From: an uncultured archaeon
Lineage (GTDB): Archaea > Thermoplasmatota > Penumbrarchaeia > JASLWR01
Length of the DNA stretch: 40,604 nucleotides
Assembly (NCBI GenBank): GCA_964430885.1
Contig: CAYSHM010000024.1
Location: forward strand, 10,135 to 50,738
Direction of reading: 5' to 3'
Shown here: piece after piece, positions 27,679-36,360 of the stretch
How positions within the stretch are numbered: position 1 is the stretch's first letter
Layout: each line of letters starts with the position of its first letter
Program-made: the position numbers and the translations under genes
The notes under the pieces: model-generated
Database searches by the model: none
Seen by the model: the letters and a program-made list of their open reading frames with translations, nothing else
What the model was told of the DNA's origin: nothing

Positions 27679-27708
27679 TCATACTTTTCATACTTTATAA
27701 ATATATAT
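27679..27708 (-). promoter_or_regulatory. TATA-like box followed by tandem 9-bp direct repeat (AAAGTATGA x2); candidate promoter/operator of the AbrB gene
   Basis: Minus strand reads ATATATATTTAT-AAAGTATGA-AAAGTATGA, ~70-100 bp upstream of the 27607 start. Confidence 0.45.
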
Positions 27709-27959
27709 GATGTGGGCGTTTATACATCTCGGTATGGCCTATTTGGAATATTACCTTCAGATTGCCTTATCTGTTTGATATTAAATTATCATATGTTCAA
27801 GAAATAATGGAAATATCTTTAAGAAATGATGGCAGTGTACATAAGAAATGACTGCCCTGAAATTGATCTGTTTCATCAGCAAATATTGAAACAGTACCGG
27901 GCTGGTCTATTCAAATATCCATATCATGAAATGAACAGCTTATTTGGAGGAAATTTAAT

Positions 27960-28448
27960 ATGGAAACCTTTCCCATGATATTATCCGCACCGATATTGAT
28001 CGCGCTCATACTTGTATTTATTATACCATCCGTCAAGAACCGGAAAAGGATCTTGAGCTACTATTCTTCCGGAATGGTAAAGGTTGTTTATATCTTCTCA
28101 GTTATAATGATCTTTACTGCCCTGGTTTTTGCAGGCATTTATTTCATCGGATTTGGAGATTTCAAAGAAACCTATTCTCTGGCTAGTACCGCAATGTTCT
28201 CCCTGATAGGTTTTGGTCTTATCATTTCCAATGCCTGGGCAGTGAGCAGGTCCAAGAAGATAGCATCCGGCGGAGAACCCAAAGGAAAAAGCTCGAAAAA
28301 GAAAGCGGACAAGGCTTCATCAAAGAAGAAGGCCGGTAAGAAGGACGATGGGGCTGTTAAAATGCAGGTTGTCTCACCCAAATCTAAAAAGAGTCCAAGC
28401 AAGGAAAAGGCAATTGTCTTTGAAGTTCAGGCAATTGATGATGATTAG
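27960..28448 (+). CDS. Membrane protein (3 TM) with Lys-rich C-terminal tail
   Basis: GGAGG SD; three hydrophobic segments; KGKSSKKKADKASSKKKAGKK tail. Confidence 0.85.
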   Translation: METFPMILSAPILIALILVFIIPSVKNRKRILSYYSSGMVKVVYIFSVIMIFTALVFAGIYFIGFGDFKETYSLASTAMFSLIGFGLIISNAWAVSRSKKIASGGEPKGKSSKKKADKASSKKKAGKKDDGAVKMQVVSPKSKKSPSKEKAIVFEVQAIDDD

Positions 28449-28471
28449 AATAATGTTTCAATAAATAATCA

Positions 28472-30589
28472 ATGATCCATGATATATTGGAGTGTGATAT
28501 TATAAAGAAGATCCTTTTGGTCATATTATGCATTGCAGCACTTTTAGTGAATTCCTTTTTCGCCTGGGACGGTTATCTTCTGGATGAAGAACAAGACAGC
28601 AATAACAACAATAACAATAATAATAACAACATAGACCCGGATGACGAGGGAATAACTGAAGGGTTTGATTTTATACTCGATGAGAAAAAGGAAGTAAAAC
28701 TGGGCAGTGTTACCCACCATGTAACGGTGATTGATATGGATGCACCAGAGATCACACTGCGCATTGAATCCGACCCAATCGAAGTCACAGTGGAACTGAA
28801 TAAGCCAACAAACGTGGATACAAACGATGATGGTTTCTATGATCTGAGGATTCAGGTCAAAGATATCGATGAGAAATCATCTAGTGTTGATATAGAGTTC
28901 ACATTGGTGAACATTGCTATTATGGGTTGGGTTCAGGCTCCTACCAACAGGGTGGGTGACGATTATGAATATGATTTCTCGATTTTTGCCGAGGTTTATT
29001 GGATAAACAAGACCAGCGGTAATTATTCCAAATATACTGTTACAGGCGAAGGCCAGTGGGACAACGCCATTTATCCCGTTCAACAGGTCGAAACCGGATT
29101 CGGGGATCTTCATGATGCTGTGGTTAAACGGCAGGTCCTGGACGGTAAATGTACAATAATTCTTGACTCCTCTGATACCGGAAAGGTAAGCGTTGACGGC
29201 AGTTACAGCGCAGAGAACAAGGTGTACACTGAACTAAAGGATAAGAAGGACATCAAATCGGTAAACCACGGAGAACTTACTATTGATCAGATGCCAAAGG
29301 CCACAGTGCCCATACCAATAAGCTACCAGGGTGATGTGAGATATTATCCCGATCCCTATGAGGACCAGAAGGAAACCCTGGATGAATTGATCTGGGTGGA
29401 CAAGAACCTGACAGAGGGCGATTCAGGTTCCGCGTGGTTCGAGGGAAGCTCGGAGGACTCTTCCGGGTTTTACAATTGGTCGGCTGATTATGTCGAGAAG
29501 GTAAAATTGGCAGGATCCAGCGGAACGAATATTGATACAATGAGAGTGAATGTAACAAGCAGTCTCTGGGGTATCATGGATTTCCAAAAGACATTTTGGC
29601 TGTCATCCGAGCATCCCTATCCCATCAAGGTTTTCATGAGAACAAACCAAACCTGGGAGGATGAGGAAGGATTGTTCTATACGATAATCGAACAGGAAAG
29701 AACACTAAGGAACTACAGGAGAGGAGCGACAGATATACCCTGGGCTCTTGATGAGGATCCTGAATATCCGGATCTACATCCATTGGGAGAATACAAGAAA
29801 TGGGACAAGGTCCCCAGGGGAGGTTATAAATTCGACAGCATGAATGAGGAGCAGACTATCAACGACCAGATCAATATCCATATGTCCCCGGAACAGGCGT
29901 TTGATTTCGCACTTGAGAATTCCGACAAGCTGAACGAGTTTCTTGAAACCTATCCTGGAGCCTATATCACAAGTGCCCATTTCAATGCTACAGTGGAGCC
30001 AACGGACCTCCAGAAGAATGCAGGAAGCCAGAGGTGGAACCTTACTTTAGAGGATTACATGGACAGGGCGGATGCCTATGATTATGCCGAGGAGAATGAT
30101 GAATGGCCCAGGAAAAGCTGCTACTCATCTATAATGAAGAACATCACCAAGTCCCTCAATCCCTTGGACCCCGATCCGTATTCCGCTACTACGGAGCTTG
30201 AGAAGGAGGATAATTTCAAGCAGGGATTGACCACTAAGAAAAGGAACGATATGGACAGCGAGGGATTGACCCTCTCAGGAGCTTTGGATATTCTCCAGGA
30301 TGATGATGTTGCAGCAGGGTGGTTCTTCGACTCTCCGGATAACCTCAAGACCGATGAACTCGAACTGGTAATGGGAGAAGGTGCCACCGCTGCGGAAATG
30401 CCAGGAGCGGAGATAGTAGAGATAATGACGGGGCTTACAATGCCCCATGCCAAGTTCGTATGGCATTTCCAGCTAGGTTCGGTTTGGCTTGTTGGTGAAG
30501 GCAAGATGACAGGTATCGATATTGAAACAGGCCGCCTTGTTTATGTCATGGAGATATCTGGAAATCAGATGATGGGTCTCTTCTCCTAG
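28472..30589 (+). CDS. N-terminally anchored or secreted acidic protein: poly-Asn linker, Ca-binding-like DxNxDG motif, extended beta-sheet domain
   Basis: KKILLVILCIAALLVNSFFAW anchor; N10 run; DTNDDGFYDL; 705-aa open frame; exact start uncertain. Confidence 0.85.
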   Translation: MIHDILECDIIKKILLVILCIAALLVNSFFAWDGYLLDEEQDSNNNNNNNNNNIDPDDEGITEGFDFILDEKKEVKLGSVTHHVTVIDMDAPEITLRIESDPIEVTVELNKPTNVDTNDDGFYDLRIQVKDIDEKSSSVDIEFTLVNIAIMGWVQAPTNRVGDDYEYDFSIFAEVYWINKTSGNYSKYTVTGEGQWDNAIYPVQQVETGFGDLHDAVVKRQVLDGKCTIILDSSDTGKVSVDGSYSAENKVYTELKDKKDIKSVNHGELTIDQMPKATVPIPISYQGDVRYYPDPYEDQKETLDELIWVDKNLTEGDSGSAWFEGSSEDSSGFYNWSADYVEKVKLAGSSGTNIDTMRVNVTSSLWGIMDFQKTFWLSSEHPYPIKVFMRTNQTWEDEEGLFYTIIEQERTLRNYRRGATDIPWALDEDPEYPDLHPLGEYKKWDKVPRGGYKFDSMNEEQTINDQINIHMSPEQAFDFALENSDKLNEFLETYPGAYITSAHFNATVEPTDLQKNAGSQRWNLTLEDYMDRADAYDYAEENDEWPRKSCYSSIMKNITKSLNPLDPDPYSATTELEKEDNFKQGLTTKKRNDMDSEGLTLSGALDILQDDDVAAGWFFDSPDNLKTDELELVMGEGATAAEMPGAEIVEIMTGLTMPHAKFVWHFQLGSVWLVGEGKMTGIDIETGRLVYVMEISGNQMMGLFS
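28601..28630 (+). repeat. (AAY)10 trinucleotide run encoding poly-Asn
   Basis: aataacaacaataacaataataataacaac. Confidence 0.85.
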
Positions 30590-30671
30590 ATAGTTCTTAT
30601 CAATTCTATTAGCTATGTTACTATTAAAGCTGCAGTTTTTACAGATATCCTATTACTATACGGTGATATGA

Positions 30672-31877
30672 ATGAAAAATGATCCTCAACTGAAAGTATC
30701 TTCAATACTGTTTAAAGCAGTTTCCATCTCTGCAATAGTTATAGCCCTTGTATTTCTGATTATTGCTCACTTATTTCCCGTAAGCGACGTTGATGCAGAG
30801 GTGTCGGTACTTCAATCTAAGGGAGTCCTCAAGGGAGACCTTTATCTCTATGGATTTGATATAGAAGCGGGTGTTCAGGGTGGTTTTATAGGTGGACAGG
30901 AGATCAGGAATGAAAGGTTTTATGTCCAGGGCCCAGGCCCAGGTCTGCAGGAACGGCTTGGGATCCTAATGAATTCCTACAAGGACATGACCTACAAGAT
31001 TACTGCTGAGACATATGATCCAGCCCAGGATGATGTGAACACTGCAAAGATTTCAGTTAATACCCATATAGACCGAATACCCTTTTGGGTAGAAGGAATC
31101 AAAGAGGATATCACCATTACCATATACCTCAATGAAACCCAGGGAGTCCAGAAGGTGGATATCAAGAAGATCTGGATCGAAAGCTGGGATTCGTTCATAG
31201 AGGATGAAAACAAATATACAAAGAACAAGGTAATTTGGGAAAAAGATGTGTCGGATACCCTGACGGAGAACGAACCTGAAATCATCTATAAACACAGCAT
31301 TGAATATGTGTCTGCAAAGGAGCGGGCAGGCATAGTTGTAAGGGTTGAACTGGAGATGACCGATGTGAACGGCATGGTGGATGATGATCCCAGACAGCCA
31401 TTTAAATCCGACGGATATCCAAATCCGCATAACGTTTATGGCGTTGATACACCGAACACTCTAAAGACTGGATTGTTGGTGCTGTCATTTCCCATGTATA
31501 TAATTGTATTTGGTTTTTCCGTTTTTGCCTCAATTTCAATAATCCGGGGGCGATTACCCATAAAGACCATGTTTTCCAACGGTATACTTTCAGGAATTGC
31601 GCTGTTATTTTTCTGGATTGGGGTGGAGAATCTGGTCAAACTTCTGAGTGTAGCCCCAACCCTGGCGATGCTAACTGAGAAATATTTTGTTTGGAACTGG
31701 CCTATTTATATGCCGATTGTTGCTGCGCTTATCTTCCTAGGAGCTGGAATTTTCATGCTTTTGGTGAGTAAAAGGTCCGAAGGTGAAGAGGATATTTTAG
31801 ATACACCGGGCAAGGATGAGGGAGAATATGAAGAGGGGTCTGATGTAGAAGTAGAAGAACCTGATGTTGATGCCTAG
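30672..31877 (+). CDS. Membrane protein: N-terminal TM, ~230-aa extracytoplasmic domain, 3 C-terminal TM, acidic tail
   Basis: GGTGAT SD-like; hydrophobicity pattern visible in the translation. Confidence 0.85.
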   Translation: MKNDPQLKVSSILFKAVSISAIVIALVFLIIAHLFPVSDVDAEVSVLQSKGVLKGDLYLYGFDIEAGVQGGFIGGQEIRNERFYVQGPGPGLQERLGILMNSYKDMTYKITAETYDPAQDDVNTAKISVNTHIDRIPFWVEGIKEDITITIYLNETQGVQKVDIKKIWIESWDSFIEDENKYTKNKVIWEKDVSDTLTENEPEIIYKHSIEYVSAKERAGIVVRVELEMTDVNGMVDDDPRQPFKSDGYPNPHNVYGVDTPNTLKTGLLVLSFPMYIIVFGFSVFASISIIRGRLPIKTMFSNGILSGIALLFFWIGVENLVKLLSVAPTLAMLTEKYFVWNWPIYMPIVAALIFLGAGIFMLLVSKRSEGEEDILDTPGKDEGEYEEGSDVEVEEPDVDA

Positions 31878-31999
31878 GATGAAGAGTAAAAAGAAAAACA
31901 AGATGACAACGCCTATGCGGGCAGCCTTGAAGACGTTAAATGAATGGGCTCTTGGCACAATGACCCTTGGACCAGGCAAGATTTCGCTATAAATTTCCT

Positions 32000-32689
32000 T
32001 TAGAATGAATCAGGCCATATTATCAATTGTACATCTATGGCACCCACCAGGTACGTGTGTGCACCAAGATCAGCATCAGCGGTTGTGATCTCTTCGGGAT
32101 AGTAATCCTGGGGTAAACCTTCTTCCCTGAGCTCGACTCTGATATTTCCATAGGTGAAGGTCATGACATAGTGGTAGTTATTGTCAATCATTCGTTCTAT
32201 CTGACTGTTGATATGCTGTTCCAACCCCGTATTGATAGTCAGTATACAGATATCCATTTTTGATTTTGCACCCGCATCTATGCTGCTTCCCATTACCTTA
32301 TAGGCTTCGTCTATCCTATGTCGGGCTTTTATATCAAATATCATCAGATCTGCAACCGAGCGGTTATCCATAGTGACATTGTAGAGCTCAACATTCTGAC
32401 CGGTTACAGGCCCGCTTTCATCCTTGAACCTCCAATCCTTGTATTCTACCCTGTAGAATGTTGTTGTGATAATTGATCCCAGGGCTTCATTGGTGTACTG
32501 GATAAGGAAATCCTCGCTTTTCTCCTCATGGTCGGATGTAGTGTTCACAATGCCTACTATGAGAACGGTAGAAGCAACGGTAAGTATTATGAGGAATAGG
32601 AGTGCATCCATGATTCCCATCTGTCCATATTCATCGTCCTTGAAGCGGGGTATTTTATTTGTTACCCGAACCGCATCCCGAGCTTTCAT
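32000..32689 (-). CDS. Type IV pilin-like protein (class III signal peptide-like)
   Basis: FKDDEYG|QMGIMDALLFLIILTVASTVL: charged leader, Gly, Gln+1, acidic residue, hydrophobic helix; start overlaps the upstream stop (ATGA). Confidence 0.65.
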   Translation of the reverse strand: MKARDAVRVTNKIPRFKDDEYGQMGIMDALLFLIILTVASTVLIVGIVNTTSDHEEKSEDFLIQYTNEALGSIITTTFYRVEYKDWRFKDESGPVTGQNVELYNVTMDNRSVADLMIFDIKARHRIDEAYKVMGSSIDAGAKSKMDICILTINTGLEQHINSQIERMIDNNYHYVMTFTYGNIRVELREEGLPQDYYPEEITTADADLGAHTYLVGAIDVQLIIWPDSF

Positions 32690-33183
32690 ACTTCCACCCT
32701 CCAGTAGGTTAAACGCATGACTGCTCCATGGTTTCGGGTCTCAGTGTCACCTTCAAACACCACTGCATAGATTGTAACTGGTATACTAATCACTGTTTTT
32801 TCGATGCTTAGGTTCTCATTTCCTACAGTAAAATTGAAACTTTGTTTATCTGGATAATCGCTCACATCGATTATATCTAGTTTGTACTGAAGGTCGGTAT
32901 GAATGTCCTTTTCAAGTCTTTCTGGTGTCATTGTTTTGAGCTTGTTGAGATCGAAATTTCCGTCCTTCCGGTTCTCGGTTTTTAGATAAGGATATGAGAG
33001 AATGGAATCCAGCAGTATCTGGCCATCTTCATCATCTCTGTTGTACTGAACACTTGCGTAATAGATAAAACTGCCAATAATACTTGCAATAAAAATAGTC
33101 AGAGCTAAGGATACCACAATAAGTGAAGGAATATCTTCAAAAAACCCTGCTACACCCCTCTTGTCATTTCTTAGATATATCAT
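32686..33183 (-). CDS. Type IV pilin-like protein (class III signal peptide-like)
   Basis: LRNDKRG|VAGFFEDIPSLIVVSLALTIF; GGAGGTG SD before ATG 33183 (ORF-track GTG 33189). Confidence 0.7.
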   Translation of the reverse strand: MIYLRNDKRGVAGFFEDIPSLIVVSLALTIFIASIIGSFIYYASVQYNRDDEDGQILLDSILSYPYLKTENRKDGNFDLNKLKTMTPERLEKDIHTDLQYKLDIIDVSDYPDKQSFNFTVGNENLSIEKTVISIPVTIYAVVFEGDTETRNHGAVMRLTYWRVEV

Positions 33184-33301
33184 CTCCACCTCCCTGGGAT
33201 ATCATCACTTTGACGGCATTCCTAACATATTGTAGTCTCTTATGGGAAGTTTCATGCTTGATTTCTCAAGAATTCCTTGAATGAGTATGTCCTCATTTGA
33301 A

Positions 33302-33844
33302 TCAAGTTATTTCCTTGGCTACAATGTGGGTCATTGTATCGGTAATGCCATCTATGGCATGCACCTTCTTTGAAATGAAATTGTGAAGGGAGGGTATGTC
33401 CATTGATTGGACCCTTGCGATAATATCATATTCACCTGTGGTGCAGGACACCTTGAGTATTGAGGAGTTCTTGCCATCCATATTTGCCAATATATTCAGA
33501 ACATTATCGACCGAACCCACATCTACTTTCATCAGTACGTAGCATTTTAGTCCGTCGGTTATTTCAGTTTCCTCTTTTTCAAGCTTCACATCGTAGGCCA
33601 CTACCTCTGTGATAGTTGAGGTTATTCCGGGAATGGCTCTCAGGATGCCCACGATAAAATTGTAGAGGGATCTCATGTCCTCTCCTTTGATCAATGTAAT
33701 AATGTCGAACTTACCAGTGGTCGAGTCGGCATATATCACTTCAAGTCCAGGATAACCCCCGATTAATTCTTCAAGTTTTTCAATTACATTATCGATCTGG
33801 CCGGTTTTGGTGTTCATCAGAACAAAAGCTGATATGTCATTCAT
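33302..33844 (-). CDS. Tandem Lrp/AsnC ligand-binding (RAM) domain protein without an HTH
   Basis: Two repeats: AFVLM..TTGKFDII..IPGITSTIT and CYVLM..TTGEYDII..IDGITDTMT; GGAGG SD. Confidence 0.88.
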   Translation of the reverse strand: MNDISAFVLMNTKTGQIDNVIEKLEELIGGYPGLEVIYADSTTGKFDIITLIKGEDMRSLYNFIVGILRAIPGITSTITEVVAYDVKLEKEETEITDGLKCYVLMKVDVGSVDNVLNILANMDGKNSSILKVSCTTGEYDIIARVQSMDIPSLHNFISKKVHAIDGITDTMTHIVAKEIT

Positions 33845-34052
33845 CTAATGCCTCCCATTTTTAAGATTTTGAAACAGCTCTAGGAATTATTACATTATCT
33901 ATATTATAAGCTTTTTCTCATGTTTTTGAATTATACTGGAGGCTTTCAAAAAAAAATGAATATACACAAAGAACGGTATGATTTGTTTTCCAAGTTCAAT
34001 AATAATATGCTGTTTGCCGAATATGAGCGGAACATTGATGGATAATCTGTGT

Positions 34053-34721
34053 TTATTTGACAGCAATGAAGCCCATGTGTCCTTTTTGATACCTAGATAT
34101 GTCTATGCTCTCTAGAACCTTCAGGCCACCATTTTCCAAAGCTTGCCGTGATTCGCTGTAAATCATGGATGCCGGGATAGTGGAATCCACACAATTTGCC
34201 TTCAGCATTAGGAAGGCACCCCCGCCCCTGCGCAGGGACATATCGCAGTTCCTTAGGAATATATCCACCTGATCTCGTTGAGAAATGTCCTGATAGATCA
34301 TATCGACCTTGGGAACCATATACCTGTAATCCCCTGGTTTCGATGCATCATTCAGCAAGGGAACGATGTTCTTTCTATCCTTAGCCAGGACCAGAAGGTC
34401 CCTGAAACACCTGGGGGATATCTCCAGGGAATAAATGGTCCCATCAGGAAGAAGATCGCTTAGATGGCTTACAGTGGTCCCGTTAGCAGCACCCAGATAA
34501 AGCACTTTACTGAATCCGAGTATTTTATTGACGTCATAGCCCAATTTAAGACAGGCGGCCAGCTTTGACCGTTTTGGTGTGAAACTGCGGTATTCCTTTC
34601 CCCTGTATTTTATGGTTTTTTCCCCGTATACTGTGATTCCAGGAGTGGCGTTCAAAGTATAGAGGTGATCGTTTCTAAAGAGAAGTTCCTGATGGCAGTC
34701 CGGCCTGCTGCTGTTATCCAT
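34053..34721 (-). CDS. flpA: Fibrillarin-like rRNA/tRNA 2'-O-methyltransferase
   Basis: VYGEK, YRSFTPKRSKLAA, VLYLGAANGTTVSHLSD, YQDISQRDQ, LMLKANCVD; ATG 34721 follows GGTGGTG (ORF-track GTG 34736). Confidence 0.95.
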   Translation of the reverse strand: MDNSSRPDCHQELLFRNDHLYTLNATPGITVYGEKTIKYRGKEYRSFTPKRSKLAACLKLGYDVNKILGFSKVLYLGAANGTTVSHLSDLLPDGTIYSLEISPRCFRDLLVLAKDRKNIVPLLNDASKPGDYRYMVPKVDMIYQDISQRDQVDIFLRNCDMSLRRGGGAFLMLKANCVDSTIPASMIYSESRQALENGGLKVLESIDISRYQKGHMGFIAVK

Positions 34722-34792
34722 TTTTCGGTGCACCACCGTTTTTCAGTAAATCAACTTCATTGTCGTGTATGACATTTATTTTCATCGAGATT

Positions 34793-35191
34793 TCACTTAT
34801 CTATAAGGAACTTGTAGCCGTAGTGAATTGTGCCTGAACTCCCCTCCTGAGAAACCTTTCGGAAAGCCATCTTAACCCTCACCCCTATGGCGAGTTCCTC
34901 CTCCATGCAATCCACGATCTGGGCCATGACCGTCGGCCCTTCATCCAATTCGATAAGGGCTAAATAATAAGGTGTGATCTCATCAAAACCATTTGCTGCC
35001 TCATGTACTCTTGTGAATGACTGGATCGTTCCCTTACCTGATAGTTTTTCCTTCTCCATCTGATCTATGGATGATCTTCTGCATCTTTTGCATATCTCCT
35101 TGGGAGGGAAGAAAATAGTTGAGCATTTGGGGCACTTTGTTCCTATTAGGTTGTATCTTGAAGGTATCTCTCTCCAGAATCTAGGGATCAT
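34793..35191 (-). CDS. DUF35-family Zn-ribbon/OB-fold scaffold protein of the thiolase-HMG-CoA synthase complex
   Basis: PRFWREIPSRYNLIGTKCPKC..FPPKEICKRC, GTIHYGYKF; directly downstream of thiolase. Confidence 0.95.
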   Translation of the reverse strand: MIPRFWREIPSRYNLIGTKCPKCSTIFFPPKEICKRCRRSSIDQMEKEKLSGKGTIQSFTRVHEAANGFDEITPYYLALIELDEGPTVMAQIVDCMEEELAIGVRVKMAFRKVSQEGSSGTIHYGYKFLIDK

Positions 35192-35193
35192 AT

Positions 35194-36360
35194 CTATTTC
35201 ACCTCCAGTACGTGAACTACGGCAGTGCCGCCCGTCCCGCCCATATTGTGGGCCAGTCCGATTCTTGCACCTTCCACCTGCCTTTTATCCGCCTTACTCT
35301 GCAGCTGATGACATATCTCCACGATCTGGGCAATACCTGTTGCACCAAGGGGATTTCCTCTGGCCTTCAAACCTCCGGATGTATTTACAGGTATCCTGTC
35401 CCCGATGTCTGTCCAGCCCTCTTCCACAGCCTTTCCGCCTTCCCCTTTTTCTACGAATCCAAGGTCCTCGATGGCCATTATCTCTGATATGGAATAGGCA
35501 TCATGAACCTCGGCAATATCAATATTTTCTATGGAGTATCCTGACATCTTCAATGCTCCGTCTACCGCCTTACTGGTTGCCCTGCAGGTGGTGTAGCTGA
35601 GCCGGTCATGCAATGCCAGGGAATCAGTTCCTTGACCTATCCCTTTGATTATCACAGGGTCTGATGTGTACTCACTTGCCTTATCCACTGATGCCAGAAC
35701 AAGTGCTGCAGCTCCATCTGAAACCGGAGAAGCTTCAAGAACTGTAAGTGGGTCGGATTCAATGGGTGAATTAAGCACCGATTCTATTTTTATTGGAAAT
35801 CTGAACTGTGCATTGGGGTTGTTAACGGCATTTGAATGGTTCTTTACAGGAACTGATGCCATCTGTTCCCGGGTGGTGCCGTATTCGTACATATGCCTTC
35901 TTGCCATCAGGGCCCACAATGAGCTCATGGTGGCTCCGAAAAAACTCTCCCATTCCTGGTCGGCTCCGGATGCCTCGGCCTTGATTATCTCCGGCTGTGA
36001 GAGGTCGCTCATCTTCTCTGCTCCGCCAACTACAACAATATCATGCATACCTGAAGCAATGGATGACCAGGCCTGCGCAAGTGCAAGACCTCCTGCGGCA
36101 GATCCCCCCTCGACACGAGTGGCGGGGATATGTCCAGATGACAATCCAACCTCCTCTGCAACCAGGGGCCCGATATGTTCCTGGTTTATAAATTGGCCTG
36201 CTGATGTATTGCCTATATAGAGTGCATCAATGTCGCTGCCGGTGATATTGGAATCCTTGATGGCGGATAATCCAGCCTCGATGCCCAATCTTCTGAATGA
36301 TTTGTCCCAGAATTCCTGAAATTTCGTTATCCCAGTTCCGATAATAGCTACTTCTCTCAT
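35194..36360 (-). CDS. Archaeal acetoacetyl-CoA thiolase-family protein with non-canonical active-site residues
   Basis: MREVAIIGTG, VVVGGAEKM, PVSDGAAALVL, EDLGFVEKGEGG, NTSGGLKARG.PLGATG, HNMGGTG; motifs read VEGGSAAGG, EVHDAY, GNP. Confidence 0.93.
   Translation of the reverse strand: MREVAIIGTGITKFQEFWDKSFRRLGIEAGLSAIKDSNITGSDIDALYIGNTSAGQFINQEHIGPLVAEEVGLSSGHIPATRVEGGSAAGGLALAQAWSSIASGMHDIVVVGGAEKMSDLSQPEIIKAEASGADQEWESFFGATMSSLWALMARRHMYEYGTTREQMASVPVKNHSNAVNNPNAQFRFPIKIESVLNSPIESDPLTVLEASPVSDGAAALVLASVDKASEYTSDPVIIKGIGQGTDSLALHDRLSYTTCRATSKAVDGALKMSGYSIENIDIAEVHDAYSISEIMAIEDLGFVEKGEGGKAVEEGWTDIGDRIPVNTSGGLKARGNPLGATGIAQIVEICHQLQSKADKRQVEGARIGLAHNMGGTGGTAVVHVLEVK

Noticed and set aside
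35067-36220. Antisense ORFs of 177 and 191 aa, and the many other short overlapping ORFs in the track
   Set aside because: Shadow frames of well-supported genes, with no recognisable motifs
35194-36360. Thiolase as a pseudogene
   Set aside because: No frameshift or stop, full length, tightly coupled to neighbours and otherwise conserved
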